Notes: a model not told the origin generated them from the sequence alone. 64,000 nucleotides of DNA from an uncultured Acidobacteriota bacterium (GCA_963719655.1 CAVRDQ010000138.1:6417-70416), one strand, 5' to 3'. Positions 18,082-28,818 are shown, counted from the first letter of the stretch. Made by a program: numbers and translations.

Positions 18082-19725
18082 ATGTTCTGCTATCAATGTG
18101 AACAGACCTCCAAGGGCGACGGATGCCGGACGCTCGGGGTTTGCGGTAAAGACGAGACCACGGCGACGCTTCAGGATCTTTTAATCCTCGCCGCCAAGGG
18201 CATTTCCATGTACGCACACCGGGCAAGGCAGCACGGTGCATCGGACCCGGAGATTGACAGCTTCACCATCCGCGCCATCTTCGCAACGCTCACGAACGTC
18301 AATTTTGATCCTGAGCGACTTGTTGAACTGATTCATCAGGCAATAGCGACGCGGGATGCAGCACGTGCCTTATACGAACAAGCCTGCGCCAAAGCTGGCG
18401 TCATTCCAGTCAAGCTGGATGGCCCAGCCGTATGGCTGCCGGCCGCCACTCTGGAAGGACTTTTGGCGCAGGGGCAGATGGAAGTTCTTCCCGCACGCTT
18501 CCTGACCGAAGGCAAGGAAATCGCCAATCTGCAGGAATTGGTGCTATATGGCGTCAAGGGTGTTGCCGCCTACGCAGTCCACGCGCTCGCACTCGGCGCC
18601 GGCGATCCGCTCTCCTACGCGAAGATTCACGAGATCCTCGACTCTCTCACCCATCCTTCGCCTGCCGCCGAAGAACTCCTGACAACCGCTCTTGCTGTGG
18701 GCGAGTTGAACTACCGGGTCATGGAAGTGCTGGACAAGGCGCACACCGAAACCTTCGGCCATCCCACGCCCGCGAAGGTCCGTCTGCAGGCACGCAAGGG
18801 CAAGGCCATTGTTGTCTCAGGACACGATCTTCACGATCTGTATGCGCTGCTCGAACAGACCAAGGATCTCGGCATCCAGGTGTATACCCACGGTGAGATG
18901 CTGCCCGCGCACGGCTATCCCAGGCTGAAGGCATTTGCGCACCTCGCCGGAAATTACGGCGGAGCGTGGATGGACCAGGCGCAGGAGTTTGCCGAATTTC
19001 CGGGCGCGATCCTGATGACATCGAATTGCATCCAGAAGCCGGAAGTCGCCTACAAGGAGCGCATCTTTACATCGGGTGCGGTGGCGTGGCCGGGAGTCAA
19101 ACACATCGCCGACCAGGATTTTGCGCCGGTAATCGCGGCGGCCCTTGCGGCGCCTGGCTACTCCGAAGACGGCTCCGGTGAGGAGATCACCGTCGGCTTC
19201 GGACACAACGCAGTGCTCGGCGTAGCCGGCAAAGTGATTGACGCCGTGAAGGCCGGCGCCATTCGCCGCTTCTTCCTCATCGGAGGATGCGACGGGGCGC
19301 GCCCCGGCAGAAGCTACTACACCGAGCTCGCCGAGTCGATTCCAAGCGACTGCCTGATCCTCACCCTGGCGTGCGGGAAGTTCCGCTTCAACAAACTCGA
19401 CTTCGGAGAGATCGGCGGACTGCCACGCCTGCTCGACATCGGCCAATGCAATGACACCTATTCCGCGCTGCAAATTGCGCTTGCCCTCGCCAAGGCTTTT
19501 GAATGCGGGGTCAACGAGTTGCCGCTTTCCCTGGTTTTATCCTGGTACGAACAAAAGGCTGTCGCTGTCCTGCTCACCCTGCTGCACCTGGGTGTCCGCA
19601 ACATTCGCATCGGACCGACATTGCCGGCATTCCTGTCGCCCGCCGTGCTCGACCTGCTCCATGAGAAGTTCAACCTGATGGCGATCAAGACTCCGGAAGA
19701 GGACCTGGCCGCGATGCTTGGCTGA
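18082..19725 (+). CDS. hcp: Hybrid cluster protein (hydroxylamine/NO reductase)
   Basis: 547 aa with the N-terminus MFCYQCEQTSKGDGCRTLGVCGKDETTATLQDLLI characteristic of Hcp. RBS aggaagg lies upstream. Confidence 0.95.
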   Translation: MFCYQCEQTSKGDGCRTLGVCGKDETTATLQDLLILAAKGISMYAHRARQHGASDPEIDSFTIRAIFATLTNVNFDPERLVELIHQAIATRDAARALYEQACAKAGVIPVKLDGPAVWLPAATLEGLLAQGQMEVLPARFLTEGKEIANLQELVLYGVKGVAAYAVHALALGAGDPLSYAKIHEILDSLTHPSPAAEELLTTALAVGELNYRVMEVLDKAHTETFGHPTPAKVRLQARKGKAIVVSGHDLHDLYALLEQTKDLGIQVYTHGEMLPAHGYPRLKAFAHLAGNYGGAWMDQAQEFAEFPGAILMTSNCIQKPEVAYKERIFTSGAVAWPGVKHIADQDFAPVIAAALAAPGYSEDGSGEEITVGFGHNAVLGVAGKVIDAVKAGAIRRFFLIGGCDGARPGRSYYTELAESIPSDCLILTLACGKFRFNKLDFGEIGGLPRLLDIGQCNDTYSALQIALALAKAFECGVNELPLSLVLSWYEQKAVAVLLTLLHLGVRNIRIGPTLPAFLSPAVLDLLHEKFNLMAIKTPEEDLAAMLG

Positions 19726-19732
19726 CATTTCC

Positions 19733-19770
19733 GCCCGGAGGGGAGTTCCCTCTCCGGGCGCGTTTTTCTA
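19733..19770 (+). terminator. Rho-independent terminator after hcp
   Basis: Imperfect hairpin gcccggagggga-gtt-ccctctccgggc followed by gcgtttttctatttt. Confidence 0.6.
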
Positions 19771-20129
19771 TTTTGTGAATGCCTCCCAGCCGCGGGTAGC
19801 ACGTAATGTGGCACAGGCCGCAGACGCAGGCCCGCAACCAACACATACCGCGCTGACCCTGGCTGCCACCCCGCCCGCAGGACTTTAATTCCCATGAAGA
19901 TGTAGCGTGAAGAAATTGCGCGAGACCTTCATTCAAATCTTAGGATTGCGCTCCAGCGTCGTCATGACGATGAGGACGATTGCGGTTTTATTGCGATCAT
20001 CAGGGCAACGCCGAAAACAAACTTCGCGCCACTGAGACTTAAGTCATAGGGCGCGCCTTCCAACTGTAGTTTCCTGATATAGTATGCCGCCACGGTGATT
20101 GTGAACCTAGCGGTAAAGGGGAACTCACA

Positions 20130-21299
20130 ATGCAGTCCCGACCCTCTCCCAAGCTACAACTGGCCCTCGGCACCGGTGCGTTTGCCTTTTGCTTTGCGGT
20201 CTTCGGCTCACTTTCGGCGATGATGCCGATCCTCAGCAGGCAGATGCATCTGTCACCTGTGCAGAAGAGCATTGCCGTGGCCGTGCCGGTTCTCCTGGGC
20301 AGCCTGGGGCGCATTCCGCTTGGCATGTTGACCGATCGCTTTGGAGGCCGCTCGGTCTTCAGCGTGGTGATGCTGCTCTCAATCATCCCGGCGTTTCTCA
20401 TGGGAACTGCGCATGATTATCGCCAACTGCTTTTGTACGGCTTCTTCATCGGGATTGCGCTGGCCAGTTTCTCCGTTGGCGTGGGTTTTGTCAGCGGCTG
20501 GTACAGCGCGGAAAAACAAGGTTCCGCCCTGGGCATCTATGGAGCCGGTAATATCGGCCAGTCACTGGCAGCCTTCGGCTCTCCCGTGATCGCCGCCGCA
20601 GCCGGAGTGCGTTGGGGCTTCTGGACATTCGGCATCCTGCTCACACTGTGGCTTGTGCTGTTCTTGCTGCTGGCGCGTAATGCCCCGCGGCGTGGGGCGA
20701 TCAAGTCCCTCCGGGAGACGGTGCGTCCGCTGAATGATTCCCGCAGCTGGGTGCTGAGCCTTTATTACTTTCTGACCTTCGGCGGCTTTGTTGCCATGGC
20801 CGTGTACCTGCCCATCTTTTTGACGGAGACGTTCAAGCTGACGCCGCAGGACGCGGGATTCAGAACGGCGGGCTTTGTCGTTCTAGCCACGCTGATGCGT
20901 CCCGTGGGCGGAACGCTGGCGGACAAAGTTGGCGGGCGAACCATCCTCAAGTGGGTCTTCCCAGCCACGGCCGTGATGTCGATCTTCCTCGCATGTCCCA
21001 TGATGGTGACCTTTACCATCGGCGCGCTTGGAATGGCGACGATGATCGGGCTGGGCAACGGAGCCGTCTTCAAGCTGGTGCCGGAGTATTTTCCAAACTC
21101 CGTGGGCAGTGTGACGGGGTTGGTGGGCGCCGCGGGAGGACTGGGCGGCTTCTTCCCGCCGCTGTTGCTCGGAGTCATCAAGCAGCAGACCGGAGGCTTC
21201 ACACTGGGATTTGCGCTGCTCGGAGTCTTTTCCCTCTTCTGCCTTGCCGTTCTTCTCTGGCGGCCATTGCGTCCTACCGTGGCGGAGGTTCTTTCCTAG
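20130..21299 (+). CDS. narK: MFS nitrate/nitrite porter (NNP family)
   Basis: 389 aa, polytopic. NNP signature-like motifs [11 protein letters not shown] and [15 protein letters not shown]. Confidence 0.85.
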   Translation: MQSRPSPKLQLALGTGAFAFCFAVFGSLSAMMPILSRQMHLSPVQKSIAVAVPVLLGSLGRIPLGMLTDRFGGRSVFSVVMLLSIIPAFLMGTAHDYRQLLLYGFFIGIALASFSVGVGFVSGWYSAEKQGSALGIYGAGNIGQSLAAFGSPVIAAAAGVRWGFWTFGILLTLWLVLFLLLARNAPRRGAIKSLRETVRPLNDSRSWVLSLYYFLTFGGFVAMAVYLPIFLTETFKLTPQDAGFRTAGFVVLATLMRPVGGTLADKVGGRTILKWVFPATAVMSIFLACPMMVTFTIGALGMATMIGLGNGAVFKLVPEYFPNSVGSVTGLVGAAGGLGGFFPPLLLGVIKQQTGGFTLGFALLGVFSLFCLAVLLWRPLRPTVAEVLS

Positions 21300-21306
21300 G
21301 TGACGA

Positions 21307-22395
21307 ATGCGACAGCCTGAGTATCCAGTACGAGGTTCCGACACCGTGCACGCTTTTGTATGGGGATGCATCGTCGCACTCTCGCTCATCTCCGGAATCT
21401 TCATCGGCAGCCGGGGGCTGAAGGATTTTGATCCGGCGCTGGTTTCCTATGCTGGAGCGACCGTCTTCGCCGCCTTCGGGCTTGGCTACCGCTATGCCAT
21501 GTGGCTGCGCCGTCCGCCCACGCGGTTGTACTGGTATCGCGGCTGGCAGCTCTTTCTAGCCCCCAGCAAGTTGCCCAAGAACATCGCGCATCTGGCCGTG
21601 ATTCTTTGGAACAACATCTTTCTCCAGCGCTTCATCGGACGCCGCTCGCGCATTCGCTGGACCGCGCACTGGTTCCTCGCCTGGGGATGCCTGCTGGCCG
21701 CGGCCGTCACCTTCCCGCTTTCGTTCGGCTGGGTACGCTTTGAGACGGCGCCCGACAACCAGAACGTCTATCGCGCATTCATGTTTGGCATTCCCATGGG
21801 CAGCTTCCCGCTGAACAGCCTGATGGCCGAGCTTACCTTCAACATTCTGGACATTGCCGCTGTGATGGTGTTGACTGGCGTCTTCTTTGCCCTGTGGCGC
21901 CGTGGCCGCGACCATGATGCGCGTACCGTGCAGCAGTTTTCCAATGACCTGTTGCCGCTCATCATGTTGTTCGCTATTTCCATAACCGGGTTATTTCTGA
22001 CGGCATCCACGCATCTGATGCATGGCCTGCACTATGTCTTTCTCTCGCAACTGCACGCCATTACCGTTATCTTCACGCTGCTGTATCTACCCTTTGGCAA
22101 GTTCTTCCACATCTTTCAGCGTCCGGCGCAGCTTGGGGTGGACTTTTACAAGAAGGCCGGGGCCGAGGGCGAGCAGGCAATTTGCGCACGCTGTGGCCAG
22201 GCATATGCCTCCCTTCTGCAGATCAACGATCTGAAAGCCGTGCAGGCTGCGGTGGGAATCCAGTTTCAGTTGGCGGATGGAACTCATTACCAGGAAGTCT
22301 GCCCGGCGTGCCGCCGCAAGAATCTTGCGCTGACGCAGGACGGGCTTTGGAAGTCTCTCGGCATGGATGTGCGCGGGATGGGAAAGGAAATTTAA
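21307..22395 (+). CDS. Polytopic membrane protein, NarI/HdrE/DsrM-like cytochrome b candidate with C-terminal CxxC...CxxC tail
   Basis: 362 aa with about 7 TM helices. His residues lie in the helices, and the last helix [15 protein letters not shown] resembles the conserved NarI/DsrM C-terminal helix. Cytoplasmic tail is CARCGQ...CPACRRK. The family assignment is not verified. Confidence 0.6.
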   Translation: MRQPEYPVRGSDTVHAFVWGCIVALSLISGIFIGSRGLKDFDPALVSYAGATVFAAFGLGYRYAMWLRRPPTRLYWYRGWQLFLAPSKLPKNIAHLAVILWNNIFLQRFIGRRSRIRWTAHWFLAWGCLLAAAVTFPLSFGWVRFETAPDNQNVYRAFMFGIPMGSFPLNSLMAELTFNILDIAAVMVLTGVFFALWRRGRDHDARTVQQFSNDLLPLIMLFAISITGLFLTASTHLMHGLHYVFLSQLHAITVIFTLLYLPFGKFFHIFQRPAQLGVDFYKKAGAEGEQAICARCGQAYASLLQINDLKAVQAAVGIQFQLADGTHYQEVCPACRRKNLALTQDGLWKSLGMDVRGMGKEI

Positions 22396-22397
22396 AC

Positions 22398-24617
22398 GTG
22401 GCAAAGCTCCCAACAGATATTCCATCCATCGTGAAGCAGTACGGGCCGACCTTGCACACGGTTCCTCCTGGCGGCTGGGCCCACACCGGCGAAGACGAAA
22501 AGCTGGTGAAGACCCATTGCTGCTTCTGCGGCCAGCAGTGTGGAATCCAACTGCGCGTGCGCGAGAACAAGATTGTTGGATTTGAGCCGTGGGAGGAATT
22601 TCCTTTTAATCGCGGCAAACTCTGCCCGAAGGGCGTCAAGCGCTACATGCAGGATGAGCATCCCGACCGGCTGAAGAGCCCGTTGCAGCGCGTGGAGGGC
22701 AAAGGTTTTGCTCCAATCGGCTGGGACGCGGCCATGGAGCGAGTCGCCGGCGAGATTCGCCGCATTCAAGAGAAATATGGCAATGACGCGTTCGCAGTCC
22801 TCACCGGCGCTTCATTGACCAACGAGAAGGCTTACCTGATGGGTAAGTTTGCGCGGGTTGCGTTGAAGACCGCCAATATTGACTACAACGGCCGCCTCTG
22901 TATGGTCTCCGCTGGTGCAGCGTCCAAGAAAGTCTTCGGAATTGATCGCAGCGCGAATCCGTGGAGCGACATAACCAAGGCGCAGGTCATTCTGGCCGCC
23001 GGGGCAAACATCGCTGAATGTGCGCCAATCACCACCGACTACCTGTGGCAGGCCCGCGAAAAAGGCGCCAAGCTCATCATCCTCGACCCGCGCATGACGC
23101 CCATTGCGCGCAACGCCGATCTGTTCATCCCGGTGCGCTCCGGCGGAGATATCGGCGTCTTCAACGGAATGCTGCATGTGATGATCGAGCGCGGCTGGAT
23201 TGACCGTGAGTTCATCGCCCAGCACACCACCGGTTTTGAGGCCGTGATGGAGACGGTGAAGAAGTACACGCCGGAGTATTCGGCAAAGATCGCGGGAGTT
23301 CCGGCGGAAATGATCGTCAAAGCCGCTGAACTTTGGGGGCCCGCGCCGACCAGCTTTCTGATGCATGCGCGCGGCATTGAGCATCACTCAAAAGGGGTGG
23401 ATAACTGCATCGCCGCCATCAATCTGGTCATTGCCAGTGGACGTATCGGTCGCGAAGGTTGCGGCTACGCCATGATCACAGGTCAGGGCAACGGGCAGGG
23501 CGCTCGCGAGCAGGGCCAGAAGTGTGACCAACTTCCCGGCAGCCGCGATATCAGCAACTCTGAGCATCGCAAGTACATCGCCGGCGTCTGGGGTGTGCCG
23601 GAGGAATCCATTCCGCAGAAAGGCCTGTCGGCGGTTCCGCTGGTCGAGGCGATTCATGAGGGCAAGATTAAGGGGCTGCTATCCATCTGTTTCAACCCTT
23701 CGGTCTCCCTGCCCGATGGCAACTATGTGCGCGAGGCGCTGGAGAAGCTGGAGTTCTACGTCAACATTGATTTCTTCCTCTCCGAGACTGCACGCTACGC
23801 AGATATCGTGCTTGCCGGCTCTCTGATGGAAGAGGACGAGGGAACGACCACCAACGTCGAAGGCCGCGTCATTCGCCACCGCCAAGCGGTCAAGCCGCCA
23901 GATGGGGCGCGCGAAGACTGGGCGATCATGAATGAAATTGCCACACGCCTCGGCCATGGAGACAAGTTCACCAAAGGACCACCCGATCTGTTTGAGGAAA
24001 TTCGCGTAGCCTCGAAGGGCGGAGTCTCCGACTACTCCGGCATGACGTGGGAGGGCATTGACCAGAGCAACGGAATCTTCTGGCCTTGCCCTGAGCCGGG
24101 CCATCCCGGGACTCCGCGACTGTATGAGGGGGGCAAGTTCGGCCATCCCGACGGCAAGGCTCACTTTATTCCCATTGAGTGGCGGCCTTCGGCAGAGATG
24201 CCCGACGAGGAATATCCGATCATCCTCACCACGGGCCGCGTCGTCTCGCATTTTCTCTCCGGGACGCAGACGCGACGCATTGGCGGACTGATGGATCAGT
24301 ATCCGCAGCCCCGTTGTGAGATGCATCCCCGGCTGGCGGAAAAGCTCGGCATTGCGGACAACGATTTTGTGAAGGTGGAGAGCCGTCGCGGGGAAATTGT
24401 CGTACGCGCACAGGTGGTCAAGACCATCCGGCCGGACACCGTGTTTGTGCCCTATCACTGGCCGCTGGGCCGCTCGGCCAACAACCTGACGGTGCGGGCC
24501 ATTGACCCGGTATCGAACATCCCGGAATTCAAGATCTGCGCCGTGAGGGTTAGCAAGACCGACGCGCCGACCGACGCAATCGCGCAGTTGGAGATGGGAG
24601 CGGGAGGCATCCGATGA
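22398..24617 (+). CDS. Molybdopterin oxidoreductase, Nas/NarB/Nap-type nitrate reductase catalytic subunit (no Tat leader)
   Basis: GTG 22398 sits 2 nt after the upstream stop with ggaaaggaaa as RBS; the track ORF from 22182 overlaps the previous gene. [4Fe-4S] motif [10 protein letters not shown]...KLCPKG, and [17 protein letters not shown] (Cys Mo-ligand context). Confidence 0.88.
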   Translation: MAKLPTDIPSIVKQYGPTLHTVPPGGWAHTGEDEKLVKTHCCFCGQQCGIQLRVRENKIVGFEPWEEFPFNRGKLCPKGVKRYMQDEHPDRLKSPLQRVEGKGFAPIGWDAAMERVAGEIRRIQEKYGNDAFAVLTGASLTNEKAYLMGKFARVALKTANIDYNGRLCMVSAGAASKKVFGIDRSANPWSDITKAQVILAAGANIAECAPITTDYLWQAREKGAKLIILDPRMTPIARNADLFIPVRSGGDIGVFNGMLHVMIERGWIDREFIAQHTTGFEAVMETVKKYTPEYSAKIAGVPAEMIVKAAELWGPAPTSFLMHARGIEHHSKGVDNCIAAINLVIASGRIGREGCGYAMITGQGNGQGAREQGQKCDQLPGSRDISNSEHRKYIAGVWGVPEESIPQKGLSAVPLVEAIHEGKIKGLLSICFNPSVSLPDGNYVREALEKLEFYVNIDFFLSETARYADIVLAGSLMEEDEGTTTNVEGRVIRHRQAVKPPDGAREDWAIMNEIATRLGHGDKFTKGPPDLFEEIRVASKGGVSDYSGMTWEGIDQSNGIFWPCPEPGHPGTPRLYEGGKFGHPDGKAHFIPIEWRPSAEMPDEEYPIILTTGRVVSHFLSGTQTRRIGGLMDQYPQPRCEMHPRLAEKLGIADNDFVKVESRRGEIVVRAQVVKTIRPDTVFVPYHWPLGRSANNLTVRAIDPVSNIPEFKICAVRVSKTDAPTDAIAQLEMGAGGIR

Positions 24618-25237
24618 GCGAACGGGCATTCTTCATCGACCACTCGCGCTGCATCGGCTGCCAGTCCTGCGTGCAGGCCTGCGGCGAGTGCGACACGCAT
24701 CGCGGCGTCAGCATGATTCATCTGGAGACGATTCAACGCTCCGACAGCGTGCAGACCGCGCCACAGGTGTGCATGCACTGCGAGGATCCGATCTGCGCCC
24801 GCGTATGCCCGGCCGACGCCATCAAGAAAACTCCCGATGGCGTGGTGCAAAGTTCGCTAAAGCCGCGCTGCATCGGCTGTTCCAACTGCGTGCTCTCCTG
24901 CCCGTTTGGCGTGCCAAAGTACCGGGCGGAAATTGATCAGATGATGAAGTGCGACATGTGCTACGACCGCAGCAGCATCGGCAAGAAACCAATGTGCGCC
25001 ACAGTCTGTCCATCCGGAGCACTGACCTTTGCGACCATGGAGGAGATTCAACGTACCCGCAGTGGAATCCCCATTAACTCCTGGCGTTTTGGCAATGAGC
25101 TGGTAACGACCAAGGTGTATGTCATGGTTCCCCGAGAGGTGGAGCAGGTGGATGTGGAACTGGTGCAGATTACCTCCACTCCGGCCGCCCTCCCCGATGA
25201 TCCCTACGATATTGCGTTGATGCTGGAGGACGCATAG
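24614..25237 (+). CDS. 4x[4Fe-4S] ferredoxin-type electron-transfer subunit (DmsB/NrfC-like)
   Basis: 207 aa with four Cys cluster motifs: [44 protein letters not shown]...CATVCP. Its ATG overlaps the upstream stop (ATGA). Confidence 0.9.
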   Translation: MSERAFFIDHSRCIGCQSCVQACGECDTHRGVSMIHLETIQRSDSVQTAPQVCMHCEDPICARVCPADAIKKTPDGVVQSSLKPRCIGCSNCVLSCPFGVPKYRAEIDQMMKCDMCYDRSSIGKKPMCATVCPSGALTFATMEEIQRTRSGIPINSWRFGNELVTTKVYVMVPREVEQVDVELVQITSTPAALPDDPYDIALMLEDA

Positions 25238-25752
25238 TGACAGACGAAAAGAAAGAGTGTGCCTGCTGCAACCAGGCTCCGAAGTGGAAGCGCGATTTCC
25301 CCATCGAGTGGGAGGGCGACCATTACGTCACCCGCCGGGAGATCGTGAAGTTCATGACGCTCGGCTCCGTGCTGCTGGCTGTTGCCAGTTGGGTCACAGC
25401 CATCGCCGGAAGGTTTCTGCGCCGGGGCAGCCGGGCGGAGCGAGAAATTGGCATCGTCACCACGCTGGAGAAAACCGGATCGCTCCTCTTCCGCTATCCG
25501 ACGGACCAGGATCCATGCATTGCGGTGCGAACTCCAGAGGGCAAGCTGGTGGCATACTCCCAGGTTTGCACCCACCTCTCCTGCGCCGTGGTTTACAGCA
25601 AGGCAGAAAACAAGCTGCTGTGTCCATGCCATAAGGGCGAATTCAACATCAACATGGGCACTCCTGTAGCGGGACCGCCGACACGGCCACTGCCGCGCAT
25701 CAAACTCGAACAGCGTGGCGACCGGCTCTTTGCCACGGGATTGGAGGCGTGA
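25237..25752 (+). CDS. Membrane-anchored Rieske [2Fe-2S] protein
   Basis: 171 aa with a GTG start overlapping the upstream TAG. TRREIVKF plus a TM helix forms a Tat-like signal anchor. Rieske boxes CTHLSCAV and CPCHKGEF. Confidence 0.88.
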   Translation: MTDEKKECACCNQAPKWKRDFPIEWEGDHYVTRREIVKFMTLGSVLLAVASWVTAIAGRFLRRGSRAEREIGIVTTLEKTGSLLFRYPTDQDPCIAVRTPEGKLVAYSQVCTHLSCAVVYSKAENKLLCPCHKGEFNINMGTPVAGPPTRPLPRIKLEQRGDRLFATGLEA

Positions 25753-25979
25753 TGAGCGTACGCACCCAGGGGACGACGCTGTTTACAGCAATTCTTATCC
25801 TGGTCGGCACAACCGTAGTGGTGCAGCTGTGGCTGCTTACCGTGGCCATGGAAGCCCTGCTAGGTGGTGAGGCAAAGACGCTGGTACCCGCGGCGCTGGG
25901 CTCAACATTGCTGCTGGCGATAAACGCTTGCCTGCTGCGGTACGTCTTTCGTTTTGATCGCGACGTGGAGCGAGAATGA
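25749..25979 (+). CDS. Small two-TM membrane protein, translationally coupled to the Rieske gene
   Basis: 76 aa. GTG 25749 or ATG 25752 overlaps the Rieske TGA. Two hydrophobic helices (LFTAILILVGTTVVVQLWLL, LVPAALGSTLLLAINACLL). No family recognised. Confidence 0.5.
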   Translation: MMSVRTQGTTLFTAILILVGTTVVVQLWLLTVAMEALLGGEAKTLVPAALGSTLLLAINACLLRYVFRFDRDVERE

Positions 25980-25980
25980 T

Positions 25981-26148
25981 ATGAACCGTCACCATCCTGC
26001 GGTGGTCGATCTGGTGATGAAGTCGGATGAAAAGAAAGAAGGGCAGGTAGATCAGCAGACGACCGAAGAACCGCGGCGGATGCTGTTCAAGGCGGATGCC
26101 AATCCCGCGCCATTGGCGCCCCAACCAACGCCCCAGTACCCATTGTGA
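25981..26148 (+). CDS. Possible small hydrophilic protein (55 aa)
   Basis: ATG 25981 lies 1 nt after the upstream stop, with ggag about 11 nt upstream. Third-codon positions look G/C-rich. No motif recognised. Confidence 0.3.
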   Translation: MNRHHPAVVDLVMKSDEKKEGQVDQQTTEEPRRMLFKADANPAPLAPQPTPQYPL

Positions 26149-26191
26149 TGCACTTTCAGTTTGGTATTGAGCCGTAAGCCTAAGAAAATAA

Positions 26192-26268
<77 letters not shown>

Positions 26269-26335
26269 ACACGAAAACACGCGACTGGCGCCGCGCAGAA
26301 ACAATTATAGCAGAGCCGCACGATTGCGCAAAAAA

Positions 26336-26359
26336 CGGATGCCTCGCGCATCCGTTTTT
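26336..26359 (-). terminator. Hairpin terminator (A-run/T-run flanked, potentially bidirectional) after the erythrin-VIT1 gene
   Basis: aaaaa-cggatgc-ctcgc-gcatccg-ttttt. Confidence 0.55.
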
Positions 26360-26444
26360 GTTTTGCTTCACCGCGCAATCGCCGTCCGGGACGTGATCGA
26401 GCGCAATCGCTTTGAACTCTGTGGCGCTCGCACCAACCTCATCG

Positions 26445-27689
26445 CTACGCGCCAAAGTGCCCCAGCCCGACGCCGATCAGGTACGTCACCACGCCCTCGA
26501 TGGCGCCCACGGCCGTCATCTCAAAGCCGCTTGCCCACCAGGAGCGCACGGTAATCAGGCTCTTGGCTGCGCCCACCGCAAAGTGTGCCGCCAGGCTGAT
26601 GATGGCCGAGGCGATCACCGCCGGGTAGCCGCCCCAAAAGAAGAATGGAATGATCGGCACGAAGGCGCCCACGGCCGTGCTCAGCGCGCCGCTGAAGGCC
26701 GAGGTCATGGGATTGCTCAATGCCTCTTCGGTGGAGTTCAGCCGTTCGGAGGCCAGTGCGCGCAGCATCTGCTCCGGGTCCTTGGCAAGGTGCTCCACCA
26801 CGCGGTCGGAATCTTCTTCGGGCAGTCCCTTCACCTGGTAGTACAGCGAGAGCAACTCTCGCGCCTCAATGTTGTTCGTCTGGATGGCGTCGCGTTCGCG
26901 GGCCAGCTCGGCCTCGTAGATTTCGCGTTCACTCTTTGCCGCCAAGTAGGCTCCGCTGCCCATGCTGAGCGCGCTGGCCACCATGCCTGCGATGCCCGCC
27001 AGCAGCACGTAATGCGAGTTGCCCAACGTAGCGCCGCTGACGCCGCTGACGATGCCGAAGATCGCGCCCAGGCCGTCGTTCACGCCGTAGATGGCGTCGC
27101 CAATCCACCCCGCGGCCTGTTTGCCGGCGTTGCGCCGCTTGGAGAGCAGTTCGTCAATCACCGAGCGCGGATCGCTCTTCGTCTCCGCCACCGCCGACTT
27201 GGGATAGTGGTTGCGGATCAGCTCGCCCAGTTCGCGATAGTGTTCCTGCTCGTCGGCGATCACCTGTTGCAGGATGGCCACGCTCGGCTCGTCGCCCAGC
27301 TCTTCAATCTGGCGGCCGTACTTGGCAATGTCGCGGCTCTCGTCAATCTCCAGCCGCCGCAGAGCCATGCCGGGCCCGCCCACTCGATTCGCCAGGGTGT
27401 CGGCCTCGCCGCCAGCCTTGCCTTCGTATTGAGGAATGTTGCCGCCCAGCTCGTGGATGCGTTTGGCCCACAGCGCGGCGTGGCGAGCCTCGGCCTGCGC
27501 CATGTGGTTCAGCGTGTGCTTTCGTATGGGGTCGTGGTCGCGCTCGGCCAGGGTCTTGTAGGTGTGGAAGCCGCGCATCTCGGTCTGCCAGTTTTGTGAG
27601 AGCGCATCGAGGATTTTTCGCGTTACCGCCGGATTATCAGAGCCTTGTGCCATGCGGCCATCATAATCGTGATGCGCCGCATGCGGCAA
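26445..27689 (-). CDS. mbfA: Erythrin (ferritin-like) domain fused to VIT1/CCC1 iron-transporter domain (MbfA-like)
   Basis: 414 aa, with an alternative ATG at 27653. Di-iron ExxH motifs AQAEARHAALW and ADEQEHYRELG, then the VIT1 region GDAIYGVNDGLGAIFGIVSG and C-terminal TM helices. Confidence 0.82.
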   Translation of the reverse strand: MPHAAHHDYDGRMAQGSDNPAVTRKILDALSQNWQTEMRGFHTYKTLAERDHDPIRKHTLNHMAQAEARHAALWAKRIHELGGNIPQYEGKAGGEADTLANRVGGPGMALRRLEIDESRDIAKYGRQIEELGDEPSVAILQQVIADEQEHYRELGELIRNHYPKSAVAETKSDPRSVIDELLSKRRNAGKQAAGWIGDAIYGVNDGLGAIFGIVSGVSGATLGNSHYVLLAGIAGMVASALSMGSGAYLAAKSEREIYEAELARERDAIQTNNIEARELLSLYYQVKGLPEEDSDRVVEHLAKDPEQMLRALASERLNSTEEALSNPMTSAFSGALSTAVGAFVPIIPFFFWGGYPAVIASAIISLAAHFAVGAAKSLITVRSWWASGFEMTAVGAIEGVVTYLIGVGLGHFGA

Positions 27690-27695
27690 TTCCGT

Positions 27696-28652
27696 CTAGA
27701 AGTCCCTGCGCAGATCCATCCCCTTGTAGAGCGAGGCCACAAAGTCTCCGTAGCCGTTGAACATCAGCGTCTCGCGACGGAAGAGCTCGCCGATGCGACG
27801 TTCGCGCGCCTGGCTCCAGCGCGGATGGTCCACCTTAGGATTCACGTTGGAGTAAAAGCCGTACTCGCTCGGATTCGCTTCGTTCCAGCTCGTTGGCGGC
27901 ATCTTCGCGGTCAGCGTAATGCGCACAATGGATTTCGCGCTCTTGAAGCCATACTTCCACGGAACCACCACGCGCACCGGCGCGCCGTTCTGGTTGGGCA
28001 GCACCTCGCCGTAGAGTCCCACGGTCAGCAGCGTCAGCGGATTCATCGCCTCATCCAGCCGCAGTCCTTCCTTGTACGGCCAGTTCAATACGTCGCGCTG
28101 CTGCCCGGGTAATTCCCTGGGGCGCGACACGCTGGTAAAGGCCACATAGCGCGCCTGCCCGTTGGGTTGCGCGCGGTCCAGCAACGTCTTCAGCGGGAAG
28201 CCCGTCCAGGGGATGACCATGGACCAGCCCTCCACGCAGCGGTGCCGATAGACGCGTTCTTCCAGTGGCGCCAGCTTCAGCAGCGCATCGTAGTCCAGCT
28301 TCAGCGGATGCCCGACCAGCCCGTCAATCTCCAGCGTCCACGGCAGCGGATGAAAACTCGATGCGATGCGCGAGGGCATCTCCTTGTCCGTGCTCAGCTC
28401 GTAGAAGTTGTTGTAGGTGGTCACGTCCTGGTACGGCGTCAGCTTCTCTCCGGTGGTGCTGATGGGGCTGCGCTCGGCGGAGAGGCGAGTGCCGGCCTCA
28501 ACCGTCAGAGGATGGAGCAACTCGCTCACCTTCTCCGCGCCCAGGGCGGCCGCGCCGATTCCGGCCGCTGCGGCCAGAAAGCGCCGCCGGCTCAGGTACA
28601 GCTCGCGCGGGGTGATCTCACTGGATTTTGGTTGCTCAATTCGGTTCTTCAC
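27696..28652 (-). CDS. msrP: Protein-methionine-sulfoxide reductase catalytic subunit MsrP (YedY), Tat-exported molybdoenzyme
   Basis: 318 aa with Tat leader [37 protein letters not shown] is characteristic of YedY/MsrP. Confidence 0.9.
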   Translation of the reverse strand: MKNRIEQPKSSEITPRELYLSRRRFLAAAAGIGAAALGAEKVSELLHPLTVEAGTRLSAERSPISTTGEKLTPYQDVTTYNNFYELSTDKEMPSRIASSFHPLPWTLEIDGLVGHPLKLDYDALLKLAPLEERVYRHRCVEGWSMVIPWTGFPLKTLLDRAQPNGQARYVAFTSVSRPRELPGQQRDVLNWPYKEGLRLDEAMNPLTLLTVGLYGEVLPNQNGAPVRVVVPWKYGFKSAKSIVRITLTAKMPPTSWNEANPSEYGFYSNVNPKVDHPRWSQARERRIGELFRRETLMFNGYGDFVASLYKGMDLRRDF

Positions 28653-28818
28653 GACTGGTCTCTCCCCGCCCTTGGACAGCTATCTGCCCAGCCCTAGTTG
28701 GATGGAAATCCGCCCCGGAAGTTACAGCCAAAATCGCGCACCTCTGCCAAGTGCATTAGGCAACTGGATATGCAACAGTGGGTTACGGGGAAGTTCGCAA
28801 GAACGGATAACGCGCGGG

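Noticed and set aside
20098-20132. An attgtga ... tcacaat inverted repeat around the narK RBS and start codon as a translational hairpin, and FNR/NarL-type boxes in the 19780-20129 spacer.
   Set aside because: The arms are only 7 nt and are separated by more than 20 nt. I found no convincing TTGAT-N4-ATCAA or NarL heptamer pair by eye, which is too weak to report as a feature.
22182-22397. Upstream extension of the molybdoenzyme ORF (track start 22182).
   Set aside because: It overlaps the 3' end of the preceding membrane-protein gene in another frame and adds an Arg/Gly-rich non-homologous peptide. GTG 22398 with an upstream ggaaaggaaa, lying 2 nt past the upstream stop, fits the conserved N-terminus.
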